A stretch of 62,348 nt of DNA, counting the filler, from Chiloscyllium plagiosum (Eukaryota), in assembly GCF_004010195.1 (NCBI RefSeq). It is 4 parts of one record of this genome, joined end to end, with 100 filler letters (N's around TTAATTAATTAA, not from the genome) between each part and the next. Parts side by side here need not be neighbours in the genome. Positions count along the whole stretch, not along the records: positions 54,330 to 62,348 come from NC_057715.1; 3 more parts are not named here. One strand, given 5' to 3'. A model generated the notes under the pieces. That model made no database searches. It was not told where the DNA came from and was given only the letters and a program-made list of their open reading frames with translations. This document shows, in pieces, positions 61,592 through 62,348 of the stretch. Position 1 is the first letter of the stretch. Each line of letters begins with the position of its first letter. Both the position numbers and the translations under genes were made by a program.

Positions 61592-62348
61592 GGGAGAAAG
61601 TGAGGACAGTAGATGCTGGAAATCAGAGCTGAAAATGTGTTGCTGGAAAAGCGCAGCAGGTCAGCCAGCATCCAAGGAGAAGGAGAATCGACATTTCGGG
61701 CATAAGCCCTTCTTCAGGAATGAGGAAGGTGTGCCAAGCAGGCTAAGATAAAAGGTAGGGAGGAGGGACTTGGGGGAGGGGTGTTGGGAATGCGATAGGT
61801 GGAAGGAGGTTAAAGTGAGGGTGATAGGCCGGAGAGGGAGTGGGGGCGGTGAGGTCAGGAAGAAGATTGCAGGTTAGGAAGGCGGTGCTGCACTCCTTCG
61901 ACTGACTGAACTAGGCCTCCAATGCCTTATCGTCACCTTGGACATCCAGTCCCTATACACCTCCATCCCCCATCACGAAGGCCTCAAACCCCTCCGCTTC
62001 TTCCTTTCCCGCCGTACCAATCAGTATCCTTCCACTGACACCCTCCTTCGACTGACTGAACTGATCCTCACTCTGAACAACTTCTCTTTCCAATCCTCCC
62101 ACTTCCTCCAAACCAAAGGAGTAGCCATGGCCCCAGCTATGCCTGCCTCTTCGTAGGATATGTGGAACAGTCCATCTTCCGCAGCTACACTGGCACCACC
62201 CCCCACCTTTTCCTCTGCTGCATTGATAACTGTATCGGCGCTACCTCGTGCTCCCACGAGGAGGTTGAACAGTTCATCCACTTTACTAACACCTTCCACC
62301 CCGACCTCAAATTTACCTGGACCGTCTCAGACACCTCCCTCCCCTTCC
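61592..62348 (+). mobile_element. Penelope family A element: inverted pLTR/3' UTR (61592-61890, minus) joined to RT core (plus); runs off window end
   Basis: LDIQSLYTSIPH, LTLNNFSF, QTKGVAM, mutated catalytic CIDN, FHPDLKFT. Confidence 0.92.

Overview
Eukaryotic, cartilaginous-fish (shark-type) genomic DNA, judged from multiple HE1-type SINEs and shark-like CR1 and Penelope families. The window appears to lie inside a minus-strand alkaline ceramidase 3 (ACER3) gene. Two 53-bp coding exons with canonical splice sites are present: 14039-14091 (VGIGSWCFHMTLKYEMQ) and 2760-2812 (LLDELPMIYSCCIFVYC). I could not find the preceding exon in the remaining ~48 kb. The rest is intron packed with nested, mostly decayed retroelements: CR1, Rex1/Babar, L1, a Tx1-like element, an old L2/Crack-like LINE, at least three Penelope-like families, several SINE families and two pogo/Tigger remnants. 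There are seven assembly gaps, three of them with an artificial TTAATTAATTAA spacer. The most striking pattern is more than a dozen short (about 100-220 bp) insertions made only of Penelope terminal-repeat (pLTR) sequence. Most carry a minimal hammerhead-ribozyme motif, many are fold-back hairpins, and they are flanked by 11-18 bp target-site duplications, with truncation and turn-around points clustering at the ribozyme. Repeat boundaries were read by eye and are approximate unless a duplication or splice site defines them.
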